This document shows, piece by piece, positions 11,484 to 24,325 of a DNA stretch of 64,000 bases. The stretch is from Mya arenaria (taxonomy: Eukaryota). Below the pieces are notes generated by a model. That model made no database searches. It was not told the DNA's origin and was given only the letters and a program-made list of their open reading frames with translations. The DNA is taken from assembly GCF_026914265.1 (NCBI RefSeq), contig NC_069127.1:1809682-1873681 (forward strand), in the 5' to 3' direction. Both the position numbers and the translations under genes were made by a program. How positions within the stretch are numbered: the first letter of the stretch is position 1; every line of letters starts with the position of its first letter.

Positions 11484-12792
11484 GAGGGTATCTAAACTGT
11501 TTATGTACAAAGGCTGGCCATAAGTGAGTATTCAAAATGGCTGTCTACAAAGGGAGCGAACTGCTTACTTGTCATGAATAGACAATTTTGAGATTTATCT
11601 TTCTTTTTGGTATTTCCTTTTGTTCTTATCATTGTCTTTGACATCACTTATTTTCTTAAACCTATTTAAAACAGGAAATGTTCTTCAATGTAAACAAAAA
11701 TCATCTGCATAAAAAATGTCGGCAAAAAGGAAAGAAATGACGCCTGAGCAAAAAGAAATTGTAATATCTTTGGGAAAAGATGGACTTTCTCAAAGAAAAA
11801 TTGCTAGGATTTTGCCAATAAGTCGATCTTTCGTTAGAGTTATTGTGCAAGGGAAAATGTAGAAAATGCACCACGAAATTGAATACCTTGACAGGGGAAA
11901 ATGATGATCGTCAGATTGTGAGAGTTGCCAGAAGTAATAGAAGAAGGCCTTTAGCGGAATTGACGGGACTGGTGAATGAAACTTTGCCTTAACAAATATC
12001 ATCTAAAACTGTTAGACGTTGATTGAGGTTTCACGGATTTACAAGGAGAAAAGTAAGGAAGGCACTAACTATCAATATTATTAACCGGAAAAGTCATGTT
12101 TCTTGGTGTAAACAGAAATTATATTGGACTCTGAATAAACAGTGGAAAGCGGTGATATTAAGCAAAGAAACATGATACCAAAAAGATCAGTGTGTAGAGA
12201 AAGTATGGCGTCCAGAGTGTCCAGGTGAGCGTGGAGGCAGCTGTGTGTCAGCTATGTTTTGTGTAAACTTGTAAAGCTGTTGAGGGAAATATCGACTCAA
12301 AAGTGTATAGACTGCCTAGACAGTAACCCTTGGCCTGTTATTGCAAAGAACTTTCAAGAAGGTGACTATATATTTCAAGAGGATAATGCCCAAGTGCACA
12401 TATCAAGGAGGACCACTCAGCATCATTTTCTATGTGTTTTGGCCTTCTCAGAGCCCTGACATCAATATCATCGAAAATGTGAAGCAAACAATCAAAATCA
12501 AACTTGAAAAAAAACACACAAAAAACAATGATCAAAACAACCCCTCATTGAAGAAATTAAGGACAAAAATGGTATCCCAGTGCATTATATTCAAAATCCG
12601 TATGCCTCCGTTCAGCGAGGAATTCAGCAAGTGCTAGTCAGTAGAGGCCATATTGCCAAAATTAACCAGTTATCAGAGTTTGATAAACAAAAAATGTTCA
12701 TACAGTTGATCTTAAGTTAAGTGTTACAAAGCATATGCTTGTGTAGCCATTTTGACGACTCACTGATGGTGTTGGATCAGAACAATTTAATT
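11484..12792 (+). mobile_element. Decayed Tc1/mariner-family DNA transposon
   Basis: Plus-strand remnants are collinear: the N-terminal HTH region (KEMTPEQKEIVISLGKDGLSQRKIARILPISRSFV), ..FQEDNAQVH.. and ..WPSQSPDINIIENV (DDE-domain signature, compare WPSQSPDLNPIEN). They are interrupted by many stops or frameshifts in 11716-12640. Imperfect TIRs CCATAAGTGAGTATTCAAAATGGCTG (11509-) match the reverse complement of TAGCCATTTTGACGACTCACTGATGG (-12769). The outer boundaries are uncertain. Confidence 0.8.
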
Positions 12793-15700
12793 CGATCATA
12801 TTTGTCGTTTTTTTTATTCAGTTAAAGGAAAAGGACTCGGTAATCGTTATTTTGATATCCCGTTTGTGATGTTAGCCGTGCAATTTTGCGCACATGTAGA
12901 TTCTTTCAGGTCAATACATATTTAGGCTCTTCAACGAGTCAATACATAAATTTATCAATTACCCAAGTATAATCTTATAATTATGAAGTAATGCCTTAGC
13001 AAAATTTACGAACCGTTCACTAAATGTTGTTTTCATATATTATTATATGGCGGTTAACTGTTTTTCAAAGCGTCTGCCTGGTCATCTTCGCCTTCTGGAT
13101 AGTTGGAATCTAGGACAATGGCATAACCTGGTCATACTTTGGTCATGACCTGACCGCGTTAGTTTGAAACAGGCTTGAAACAATCCCGACCCAGTTTTGG
13201 CCATGTTTGGTCCACTTGGTGACAGTTAAACAAGTAAAATCCTACACCATGCAGTTTTGGGACATTCGTAATAAGTTTTTCAATAAGGCAAACGCATTTT
13301 TATTTTTTATGTGGATCACGTTTATTGTTCGGCAGTCATTCTATTATGTTCCTATTTTGACCAATTTTTGACATATTGAAAAGGAAATATTATTGTTGCA
13401 TTTAGTATGGAGGCCTAGATGTAGTGTAGATATACGCTACCAGAATACAGTGGTTATACAAAACAGTTGATTGACGTCTGTGGAACTTAATGCTCGTTAT
13501 ACACTTGTCGTTTTCGTTTCTTATAATTTACCTGAGTTATTTTATACGAAAGTGAATGTTATCACTTGTATAATCCGGTTTCTGTGAGTGTAAATGTACT
13601 TGAAAACGTTTTATCTTCTGCAAGCAGTAATACCACGTATCAAAGATTTTGTAATGCAACACAATGCTATGTGTTATGTCAAGCGTTTCTGGTCTGAGCG
13701 TTCTTTGCCACCGAAACTATATGTAAGACGTATTGACATGAATAACAATTCTAACCCTTGGCATGCGTTTGCACCCTATGCCGTGTCGCTGCCGAGCCCT
13801 ATGTATTTTTGTGTTAAACGGATCGGCTCAGTAGTTAATAAATTCATTAAGGTAAAAGTAATAAACACAGCTATATGCAAACGATCTCAAAACCGTCTGG
13901 TTGTTGGAGCACTATGAATCAACAGGTCCAAGGACACAGCTACCCTTCTCAGCTCTTGCATTCCAACTCCAGATCGTCCTGTCGATTCAAATGTTCTAAG
14001 CATCTCGGGGACTCTATGGCTCAACCAGACTCTGTATCTTCATACGGATTCAATAGCTATCTGTGCATAATGGTCGTACAAAACGCGATGATTCATAGAC
14101 CAACACTTCCTACATCCTCGTCGGTAAAAACGTGTAGTGTGTTCGCTTTGCAAGCGAACGAACTCTACCAAGTTCCGCAACCTTTCTCCATAAAGAATGG
14201 TAAATTTGTGAAATACATGTTAAATTCTATACCATAATGCAAAACATATTTACAACTAACATGTCTATTATATATATATAAACGTATATAAACATGAAAT
14301 GCTGTCTGTACGCATTATACTATTTAATATTTGTTATTCTAATATATAAACATGCAATAATAACCAAAAATAATAAAACAGAAAATAATGCTTAAATAGT
14401 CAAAGCATCCAATATTATCTACATGACTATATTAAGAACACAGAATAAAAACAAAGTATTGCTGTACTAAAAATTAGTACTGCAGATAGTATATTTATAC
14501 GTCAATGACTAATGCTACTAATGTATATACACCCTACCATTGTGGTCATATCAAGTGGTTTGTGACGTCACATTTGGATATCGCCTGAAATAAAATAAGC
14601 GGGCCGAATCGGAAAAAAAGTCGCTGTTATCTTTACTGGATTTTTAATTTAAACGGAACATAATGCAGTCTAAGGAGATAAGTATATTATACTCTTGATA
14701 ATTGAGCAATATGTTGTCCATTGCATAGTTTTTGCAAAATATGTGGGCAAATTTTATTATGTTATGTATGTTTTTACCGAAAGCTTATCGCTTCTCAATA
14801 CAAAATAGGCTTATAATGGCATAAATTAAATGCAAGTTCGGGATATTTTTTTATTCACAAGGTTAACAAATAGGTAGATATGAGTAACACAGTTTACATA
14901 ACATTTAATTCATTTAGCAACGACCAAATAAGGTCTAATGTGCTTTAACTGAGTATGGACAAATATATTTTATCTTAGTATCTTGGATGTTTATAATGGA
15001 AGTATATCAATTTCCATGATTCAGTGAAGTAATTATTCATATTAATGTTTTCAATAGAAACTGCAATGCTTTGTTTAGACATTCAAGTCGAACGTTCGAT
15101 CACGATATTTTCCTAAGAAGGTTAGGTAATATCGGCAATACATAAACCTTTGGCCATGCATATTACACAAAGAATGAGGCGCTTACGCAATTAGAAAAAG
15201 TAACAAATTGACAAATACAAACAAATATTAAGAACAGTTATCCTTATCATTGCAGTAAACAAAACAATTACCATTAACTACATATTTGTTATTCAGGAAC
15301 AACGTTGGGAAATAATTTATCTAGCAACAAAAATAAAGTGTTCTAATTTGACATATTAACAAAGCTAATATAAACCGTCAGAGCTCGCCCAGTACAGCAG
15401 CATAAGAAAATTGATTGTGAACCCCAAAAATGTGTTTTGAAAATCAATGTTGGAGTTTATCCACCTTTTTCATGTCATATTTTCACCAAATTTTACAACC
15501 ATATAAAAGAATAGGAGCAACCATAGAGTCGAACAATACCAATTTTTACGTTACGTCAGGTGTAGCTCTTTCAAAAATATATACAAGGTAATCATTTGCC
15601 CTCAACGTTTGATCTTTCAGTTTTTTTATCTGCATTTACAAAACTTCCATTATACTTTAATTTTATATGTGAGTTTGGTTTGTGGTCACCAATCCGGACA

Positions 15701-18599
15701 AGTGGGTTCCCTCCGGGTACTCCGGGTTCCCATTACAACACAGGACCGTACTCCTGAGTAACATCATGCCAACGAGAATGATGAATATAATGTCGTTATT
15801 ACGTGGTTTGCAATCGTTGTAAACTCAATGAGTTTAAACTAATTTATACCCCAAAACAAAACTATGAACCATTTCGACAGCATCATTACTAATGGACCAT
15901 ACACAACGATTTAATATTTTTCGTTTCTAAAATAAATACTTTAGTGTTAGCATCATTCATGTTATGACAACGCATGAGTAACTACGTATTGCATCAAACT
16001 GAGTTTGAATACTATAAGAGTCAGCTGTGAACGAAGTAAGATCATCTGCAAACAGTAACATGCACATAGAAAACTTATTTATATCATTCTGGGTTAGAAT
16101 TTCAAGATTTTAAAATATAATTATATGATAAAAAAGAAATACAATTACTTAATATATTACTCTGAAGTCATCAATTGAATGTACATGTCAAACACTGATG
16201 TACTGATAGTCATATTTTTTTATGTTAGTATCATGCATGAATGCTCGGTGGCGACATAGCAGGTCTTACTTGTAATGCCACGTTCATGAGATTTTATATT
16301 AAGATTTTTTTATTGCATGGCAATACAGTTACACAATCTATAATTGGAAACAACAAACACCGAGAAACGGAGGCAGTGCAATATAACGTTCATCTAAAAA
16401 CATACAAAGGAATCGGGTCATGAGCTTTCACAAAGTCAATTACGGCTCTTTCCCAAAACGTCACAGAGATAAAGAGACGGTGCAGACAATTTTACAAGTT
16501 GCACTATGCACGAAAAACACGCCCTTCCATATAATGGCACGCCATATAAAACGTGTACGAGTTTGCAAAAAAAACCCAAAACATTATGAAAATAAAACAC
16601 GAAATGTGGCAACACAAAACTTGATCTTTCAAGGGTAGGTAATTTTCCAAGCAATTTCAAACCAACATTCTAGAAAAGGTATACATTCTGCAGTACATGC
16701 AATGAATGAAATGATAATATAACTTATGATTATTCGGCAAAAAGTGTAGCATATTGTTCAAGAATTACGTCAAAGCAGTTAAATGTATTGAACGGGAATG
16801 CAATTGGTGGTTTTGGTGGAGAAGAGTTTAGTGCATCACCGAAAAACATTTCAATTTTAATTGGCACTTTTGTCTACATACGACGTAAAATGTAAGACAT
16901 ATTTTATCTAAACAAATAATAACTGTGACTTTTTCAACGTACAAACACACTTTGTATGTCTGTCATCTATAAATTTAAAGGCATTTTTTTGTGGTGACTT
17001 TATTTAAAACCATCTCAATGTTATGACAACTCTAAGGTTCCGGCAATTTAACCACATCGATAGTTTTACATGAAAAATAATCACACTGATTCGTTTAAAA
17101 CATTTTTACTTTTTTATTTTTATGTGAGAACTATACACAATTAATATTCCTTTTCATTATCATTAACCAACCATTTTACAATCACCTTTTATAACTTTTA
17201 ATAAATATTTTTTATAACACTTGAACATCCTAATTTAGTTCGGTTTAGTCTAAAGAAAACATGCTATATACGCCCAGTATTTATACTAAATCTTGCCACC
17301 CAATCTACCATGAACATCATGAACACCACGAAGAAATCATGCCAAGGGCTCCATCGGAGCAATGCAATAGAGACAATTTAGGCGGGAAGATTCAACGGAG
17401 CAACGGAACAATGCATATGATAAAATATTCTTTTACATATTACATTCGCGACATCTTTTGCATTTCAGTAAACAAATATTTTGGATTGTGGCAAAACAGA
17501 ATTTAACCTGATCTTAAAAATGCATAGTTTTATAAGTATGACATATTCTGCCGTTGCTACGTCTTTCTGGAAGTATAATTTATACGGAATACGCCATGCC
17601 ACTGTCTAAGACGAAATGATGTTGACGTCAGTGTATAATAATTCTTAGTATCCAATAGGTATCAACTCCATTATTCTGCCGTCAATGAGATGTTTTATTA
17701 TTATTATTTTAACCCAATTATAGTAACTTAAAAACACAGAGCAGCTGAAACAAATTTAGGTTGACACCCTTATAAGCATTTCCGAGAGTCAACTCCGTGT
17801 TTCCATTCTTATGTCTTGTTTGATGTTTTAACCCCTAAGCACTATTAAGCACGTGTCTATGAGACAGATTGACAATTGCTATCTAAACAGTGTGCAATAA
17901 ACCCCCAGTATCAGCTGTAATGTAATCACGTAGTGGTGTTGATAATGTTATGGCTGTCGCCTTGTCAAAAACGCATTAGGAACATTGAAACAGAATAGTT
18001 ATTTCACAAATATACACCATTAAGATGTCATTTCCCTGCTGTAATTACCTTTCGACAAAAGGAACAAATTCCTTGGCAATTCTTCCAATAAAGTACAGTA
18101 TATTCACATTCGAGCATTGTCCTAACATTTCTTTTCAAAATGCGTACGTCTTTATATGGATTGTTTTCATCATTCGTATTGTGTTTGCTAAGTGGTACCA
18201 AAAAAATGTAAGAGTAACGTTCCGTTTTCCGTTAGAACTTATTTATTTTGCTAATGATCGAACAGAAAAATTATGGGACACATGCATGGATTTGTGTTAT
18301 TTCATTCGGCTGTGACCAAAGACATTCGTCACACCAAAGCCAAATCCCAGCTTCATGCGCCTGTTTAATGATAAAGCTCTAATGTTCGTACTTTGTAACC
18401 CTCACTAACCCACTTAACTGGTAATGATGCTTCCAAACGTTGAGATGTTAATCAACAACACTAGATAATGTCATATTCAAGATAACTTGATCTGCCTTTG
18501 AGCGACCGTTAGTTTTTTGTTTAAAGTAATACTATTGTATACGTTATTTGAAAAACAACAGCACACGACCAAACACTAAACATGCTGGTTATAAACAAA

Positions 18600-18970
18600 T
18601 GAATTAAAGATCTCTACTTAATCTAAAACGTTAATAAAAGATACCGAACGGCTAAATAATGCGAAAACCCGTTGGCGAACTCTCGGTTCTCATGTTTTCC
18701 TTGCTTTTTTGTAATTTTCCCTTACTAGTTTGTTGATGATCAACTGGCACTGGGTGTCGAATTATAACGCACGACGATTATGTTATTTCGTCGCGACTTA
18801 AAGGAATTTACATGCCATATTCAAACACGTATTTTAGGTGATGTCTCACAAATAGGGTTAAAATGTCATTATAGGGTGTGGCTGCAATTATGGTGACGGC
18901 ATTGCTATGTGATAAAATTTATCACAATGCTGTCATGGCACTGTCGCCCGGCGAGATATCGGGTTTTATT
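18600..18970. repeat. Dispersed repeat, second copy at 24440-24830
   Basis: Shared blocks are ..cggttctcat.ttt.c..gttgatgatca.ctggcactg.gtgtc.aatt.. and ..ggctgcaat..tggtgacg.cattg.. at about 70-75% identity. Confidence 0.5.
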
Positions 18971-21059
18971 GGTGCTTTATTGGTGCTTTGTTGGGGTTTC
19001 GGTTTCGAACTAAGGCTATACCTAAGACACACAGACGGCAACACAATTGTTGTGGATAGATATACGGATTAGAAACTGTATTGTCATTGTTTATACAATA
19101 CAAACCGTACAGTATTTGATATGGCAAAAGGGTTCGTTATACACGTTAAACAATAAAAATACAGTTCCTTATAACATTTTACAAAATTAAATCGCTTGTT
19201 TATTGTCGGTGGGCATGCGACATAGCATGGGTTGGCTTTTTTCAAGTTACCGTGATGTTTCTGAATGTCTTGTTGTATGTAGGAGAATAACGCGCTTGCA
19301 CACTGTTTAAATGACTTGTTGAAAGCTATGGATTTGTAAATATGTTTTGCTCTCTAAATTTGGAAAAAATGAAAGATACTACTGTCATCTCGAAATTAAA
19401 GGAGAATGAGGCCCAAACCAAAATTGCAATATTAGCATTCAACACTCTAGAGAACACTCTGTGTTTATCATTCCGTGCTAAACTACGGTTCTTACTCATT
19501 CAGGTACTAGACGATTGTTGATCCACTTCACCAAAGACGCGCCTGAATAGGTATAAATGTGAGAATATTCATATTTTTCTATCATAATTTGAATGAAGGT
19601 AAACGCATTTTCAATGTTCTATTTCTCTAAAATAAGCGGCACTTTAGAAGATATGTGAAAGGTGTTCTATATTCATAAGGTTGGTATCAGGTGCATACTA
19701 GCCATACGTCTGCCTATTTAGGTAATCTGGTTATTACTCTAAGCGCTATACTTGTACCCTATACCTCGTTAGAGGTTTGTGCGTGGAAAAATACATGTTT
19801 TGTTTTGTTTTGTCTTTCGGCAATAGCTCATTAACCCTAGATTTGACCTATATGATTTTCGTACCTAAATATAACCTTCGAAAAACCAAACCAGGACTTC
19901 GCACTTATTATAAAACGGTTGCCAGTTCGAACAAAACCTCACGGCTGCGTCTAATGAAATTTATAGCAAAGCTGTTTGTTGTTGACAAATAACGGATTGT
20001 TTATATCATATAGGTCCGTGACATTAACATTAACATTATCCTCTCAAAGCTAGACAATTGTGCAGAAGTTTGTTTGCATTTCACCAAAATGTGGGTAATG
20101 TGCTTGCAAATAACAAATTGGGGAGTTAAGGAACAAAAAATCGGATAGAAAAAGTGTACAGTCATGTAATAACCATGAAATTTGGAAAATGGAAAACATA
20201 CATGCAAGCTAAATAACAACATGCACAGATATGCCATATTGCCGAGAAAATACGAAACATTGTGGATAAATCAACACGTTTATTGTAAACATTGCCTGCA
20301 AAGCCACAATCTGTTCAATAACTTTTTTATCGTTCAAGTTATGATACCAAAGTAAGATGTCAATGGAAGAGAATGCTTTTCGCCACATACAGGACGCATA
20401 CATTTTTTTTTAAATTCAAAGTAAAAGTCCACTTACCAGGCAAATGTTGGTACCTGAATCGATATATTTTATTCTAAATCCGCCATTTTGTTTGCCATGA
20501 AACAGTTTTCTCACTGAAGGTTTGAATGAAACGAAATTACGTCCTCCCCCATTGAGAACGCTACAGGTGCCACCAATGCATACAACTATTCTGTGAATAT
20601 ATAGTTTATTATCATATGATATCAAGCAGTTGTCTAACAGGAGACATCTTTAACAGCTTTTCTCCACAATATTTGGTCCATTTCAAAGTAATTCATCAAC
20701 ATAAGAATAATAACAAGTGTAGCAATTTGGCACCAAAAAACGTTTGTCGAAATTACGATTTTGATTATTTAGGGAGACTCGAGAGTCCTATCGCTGAATT
20801 TGTTGCCAATACACAAATTGTTCAAGTTTGGTGATGTTCAGACGAATGTGCCCCGAGGAGCAGATCTGGCAGCTTATCGGACGTCGCTCGTCGTAGCCCG
20901 GTAGCCATCGCCAAAGGAGAATCCATAATACGTCTCATGTTAAAAACCTTCGTGAAAGCATTTCTACTTATCTGTTATCGTTGTACGTGTGGGTCCGTTG
21001 TAAATCAGCTAACCATTACCCCAACCGTTTATATGAAAGTGCAAAGTGAACATGACGTT

Positions 21060-21370
21060 AGACACATTGCACTCTGATATTTTGTAGATAACAAAGTAGC
21101 TTTAAGTAAGGGATATGAACAATACAGCAATCCCCTATAATCATGGCAGGCGCCACATAAATAAATAACCATTATAACCATCATTAAGTCGCATCTCAAA
21201 TAAGTTCTTTATATGGATGGTCATTATTCCTTGAAATCTTCTTCCAAATATATCTTATTAACTTTTGATGAAAGAACATCAAAGAGGACTCTATGAAAAT
21301 TACATTTTCTTATTCACGGTGCGGTCTTAAATCATTGGATCATGTTATTCCTGATTGTTAAGTAGTAGAA
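21060..21370. repeat. Dispersed repeat family, copy 1 (copy 2 at 27460-27775)
   Basis: Both copies share cattgcactctgat.., atcattaagtc.catctcaaat.., ..gaacatcaaag.., ttattcacggtgcg.tcttaaatca.tggat.atgttattcc.gattgtta at about 75% identity. Copy 2 ends in (CAACT)n. Confidence 0.6.
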
Positions 21371-21488
21371 TCCTATTACTATGATAAAGTCCTTGTATTG
21401 ATGGAAAAGCCATGACCGTTTCGCCGGAAATAACAAATGTCAGTAAGTACTTCGTCGTTGATGTCTGATTCAATTAAACTGTTTATAG

Positions 21489-21598
21489 TGTATAGTTAGT
21501 GTGTGTATACCACGTGATAAATGACGTCATTTTTGCTACGCCGGCGAAGCATTTATGACACAATATATCACGTGGCATACACACACTGATAGTTATAT
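21489..21598. mobile_element. Short (about 105-bp) MITE of the same TIR family as 8016-8480, flanked by 6-bp direct repeat ATAGTT
   Basis: ATAGTT|AGTGTGTGTATACCACGTGATAAATGACGTCAT ... ATGACACAATATATCACGTGGCATACACACACTG|ATAGTT. Confidence 0.75.
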
Positions 21599-22662
21599 GA
21601 TCAAACAACTTCTTCATACCACCTCAAAACGAAACGATTCACATTGAAAAAATATAATTTGCTTTGGGTAATCGTAAACATGCGCATCAAGCATTGTATT
21701 TACATTTAATCGCGTTTTGTTCAGTTTGACGACCAGAGAACCACAGGCTTACCCATGCATTTTGAGTAATTTAACCAGAGAGCAAAAGGCTTAGCCACAC
21801 CTTTTGCGTAATTTGGCTTCCTTCTCATCTCATATGTACTTGTTTGCTTCCTTTCCCTATTTACAATTACATTAATACAAAACATCTTTCAGTGACCCAT
21901 CCCCTGTAGCAGATGGTTATTTTTCAAGTATGTACCCTTCTTTCGTAATGCCTCAAACCTACACCATTTAATGAATATAACATAGTTATCTCAATTGTTC
22001 TCTGTGCTGATTTGGATTGCTGACATGTTGATATGTGTTATACATAATGTTATGTGTTAGTTATTTTTCTCTCTTCGACCGGTTTTAACTGAAGGCTTTG
22101 ATTAAGATTTAATTGGAACATTTCCCAGTACAAATATATAAAAGTGACACTACTTTAATTTTCTGTTGCGAAACCTATTTTCATAAGTGTCTGCAAGAGA
22201 CTCAACTATGGTACCCGCAGCTCGGAACGCCCATGTCATATTATTGTTGAATATAGTTTGCAATTACTCATCAATAAATTTCAAATATTTTAAAAAATAC
22301 ATAAAAAGAAATTGAAGAAAATATTTTTCTTATCGTTTCCTCCTTGTCCGAACTTTTTATTCTCAGTTCAGGGTTTTTTCAAAATAGTTGCTTGTTTTTT
22401 TAGGCCGCATTCTCGAGACGCGCGTGCTTTTCGTTTGTGAGATTGATGCGAGAGGTTAGCTGTACACTGTTGCCATTTTTTAACGTATGAAAATCATATT
22501 CAATGGCGCATAACTGTAAGACATAACAGACGTTGGTCACAGATAACCATAAACAAGTGTACATCGTGATGGTAATATGTAACAATTGTAAGAGCGTAGC
22601 GTAAATTATGAGAGCAGTTCGCTCCACAAACTACAAGTTCGCATTGCCCTATATCTGTATGC

Positions 22663-22720
22663 GTCATAATGCTCTAAATCTAGAAGCGTCTCATTGAGCT
22701 AGACCTAGAAGCGTTTTATG
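22663..22720. repeat. Isolated two-unit copy of the 25-bp minisatellite found at 30168-30752
   Basis: tctagaagcgtctcattgagctagacctagaagcgttttatggatctag. Confidence 0.7.
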
Positions 22721-23875
22721 GATCTAGTTTTGTGGTGATACATTATAGTTTACCATCGACGATTTGTATCTTTGAACCGGTTTTGGCTCGTACTCACAAC
22801 GCCACTTAGTGGAACTTAAGAGTTTATTGGTTGAAACATTTCTATAGCAATTAAAGTTTATTAATTCAAATTATTTAGTTCAACCGATAGAACATTTATG
22901 ACATGGACATTGTAGCATTTTGTGTTACAGAATTAACAGTGTAGGTTACATTTTATATCTTACTATCAGCTGAAACCTTAAGTCAATTTAGAAGTACCAA
23001 AGGCTGTATTGCAGCTTGATCAAATTTCTGCTTCTGGTTAAAATCCAAGGGTATAAAACTGGGTTTAAATCTGAGAGTCTGAAGCAAGTTGCACCAGTTA
23101 CTCCATTCCTGAACAAATATATAATTGGAATTGATAGGCACACATCTTGATATAAATTGAAGAACATCCTGCAATTGGTTTCTACGCGTCAATGCCAAAA
23201 GTGAAAAAAAGCGTACTATGGTTTTCTAGCCTTTTCCTCGCCCATAACCGTGATGTTATAGTTATGTTACATTGTCCTTTGTTTTCGTAGAATCACACAC
23301 AACAATTTGAGTTCATTTGCTTTTTACAGAACCTTACATGAACTATGCTGCAGGTACATATAACATCTAGTTTGGAAATATCATCAGTGATAAAATACAT
23401 GGTTCCACTTTAAGACGATATTGGAAGAATATACTTGGTAACCAAAGTTAGAGAAGTATTATTTCAGTATGAATTTGGTTACGTCTGGTTATGTTAAAAC
23501 GTAGGCGACTTAAATATGTTCTCCTCTTAATTTAATGACTGCTTAATCGATTGTATGACTCAGGTTGGCACGAAAATGGTTTATCAACAGGAATATTTTC
23601 TTTTTGTTAAAAGACGAGTTTAATACGTTTTTCAAATGCCCGAGTTTTTTTTTTATCGTTTTCTTAATAGCTGGGAATGCATTTACAGACTCCTTCAGCC
23701 AGATAAAAGGTTTGTTATTAGAAAAGTGGCCATTTCCTTTCTTTTGTTAGAAATGGCAGGCTGAAATTAAAATTTGTATAAAAATTGCATTTAGCAATGA
23801 AACCATTGAATTGTAATTAATAATGTATATACAACATTATATATCTTGGACCGAAGTTTATACTTACTTAATTAA

Positions 23876-23926
23876 GTTGGATTGAGTTCAGTTGAGTTGT
23901 GTTGAGTTGAGTTGAGTTGAGTTGTA
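23876..23926. repeat. (GTTGA)n microsatellite
   Basis: gttgagttgtgttgagttgagttgagttgagttg. Confidence 0.85.
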
Positions 23927-24195
23927 TAGTCCGATGGGGGAGGTATTTGCTGTAAACAAATATCACACCAATGGGTATGCTAGATATATGTTTATATCGA
24001 AGTGCTTATATGAACTCGTTTTACCAAAGGTATACTTCTAAGATTAAATATCCGATGGAAATAGTTTTGTTTTATGATTTTATTTACTACCAATCTGGCA
24101 GAAATAACCTCAAATGCATGACTATATGATATACTGTTTTACTGGCTCAGACTAAACAATCCGTCACACGAAAAGCCTGTTTCAAGCTTCGAATT

Positions 24196-24325
24196 TTGTG
24201 CTGTTCTTTCATGTTTCTTGTTTGTGATTTTATCTATGTCTATGGCGTTTAACCAGTGCCATTAAACCGGATTTATGTTTAAACGTTTTGCTACTGAGCT
24301 TGTTTCTGTAGCTTTTTGCATAAAT
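24196..24325. repeat. Solo monomer related to the 190-bp satellite plus a shared upstream segment (second solo at 26425-26595)
   Basis: tgctgttctttcatgtttcttgtttgtg...tggcgtttaacc..gtgccattaaaccgg.tttatgtttaaacgtt.tgctactgagcttgtttctgtag.ttttt.gca. Confidence 0.7.

Noticed and set aside
13594-14237. Adjacent 107-aa and 120-aa plus ORFs in a slightly GC-richer patch
   Set aside because: There are no motifs, no splice-consistent partners and no minus-strand alternative. They are treated as chance ORFs. The patch contains a small palindrome, gttcgctttgcaagcgaac (14143-14162).
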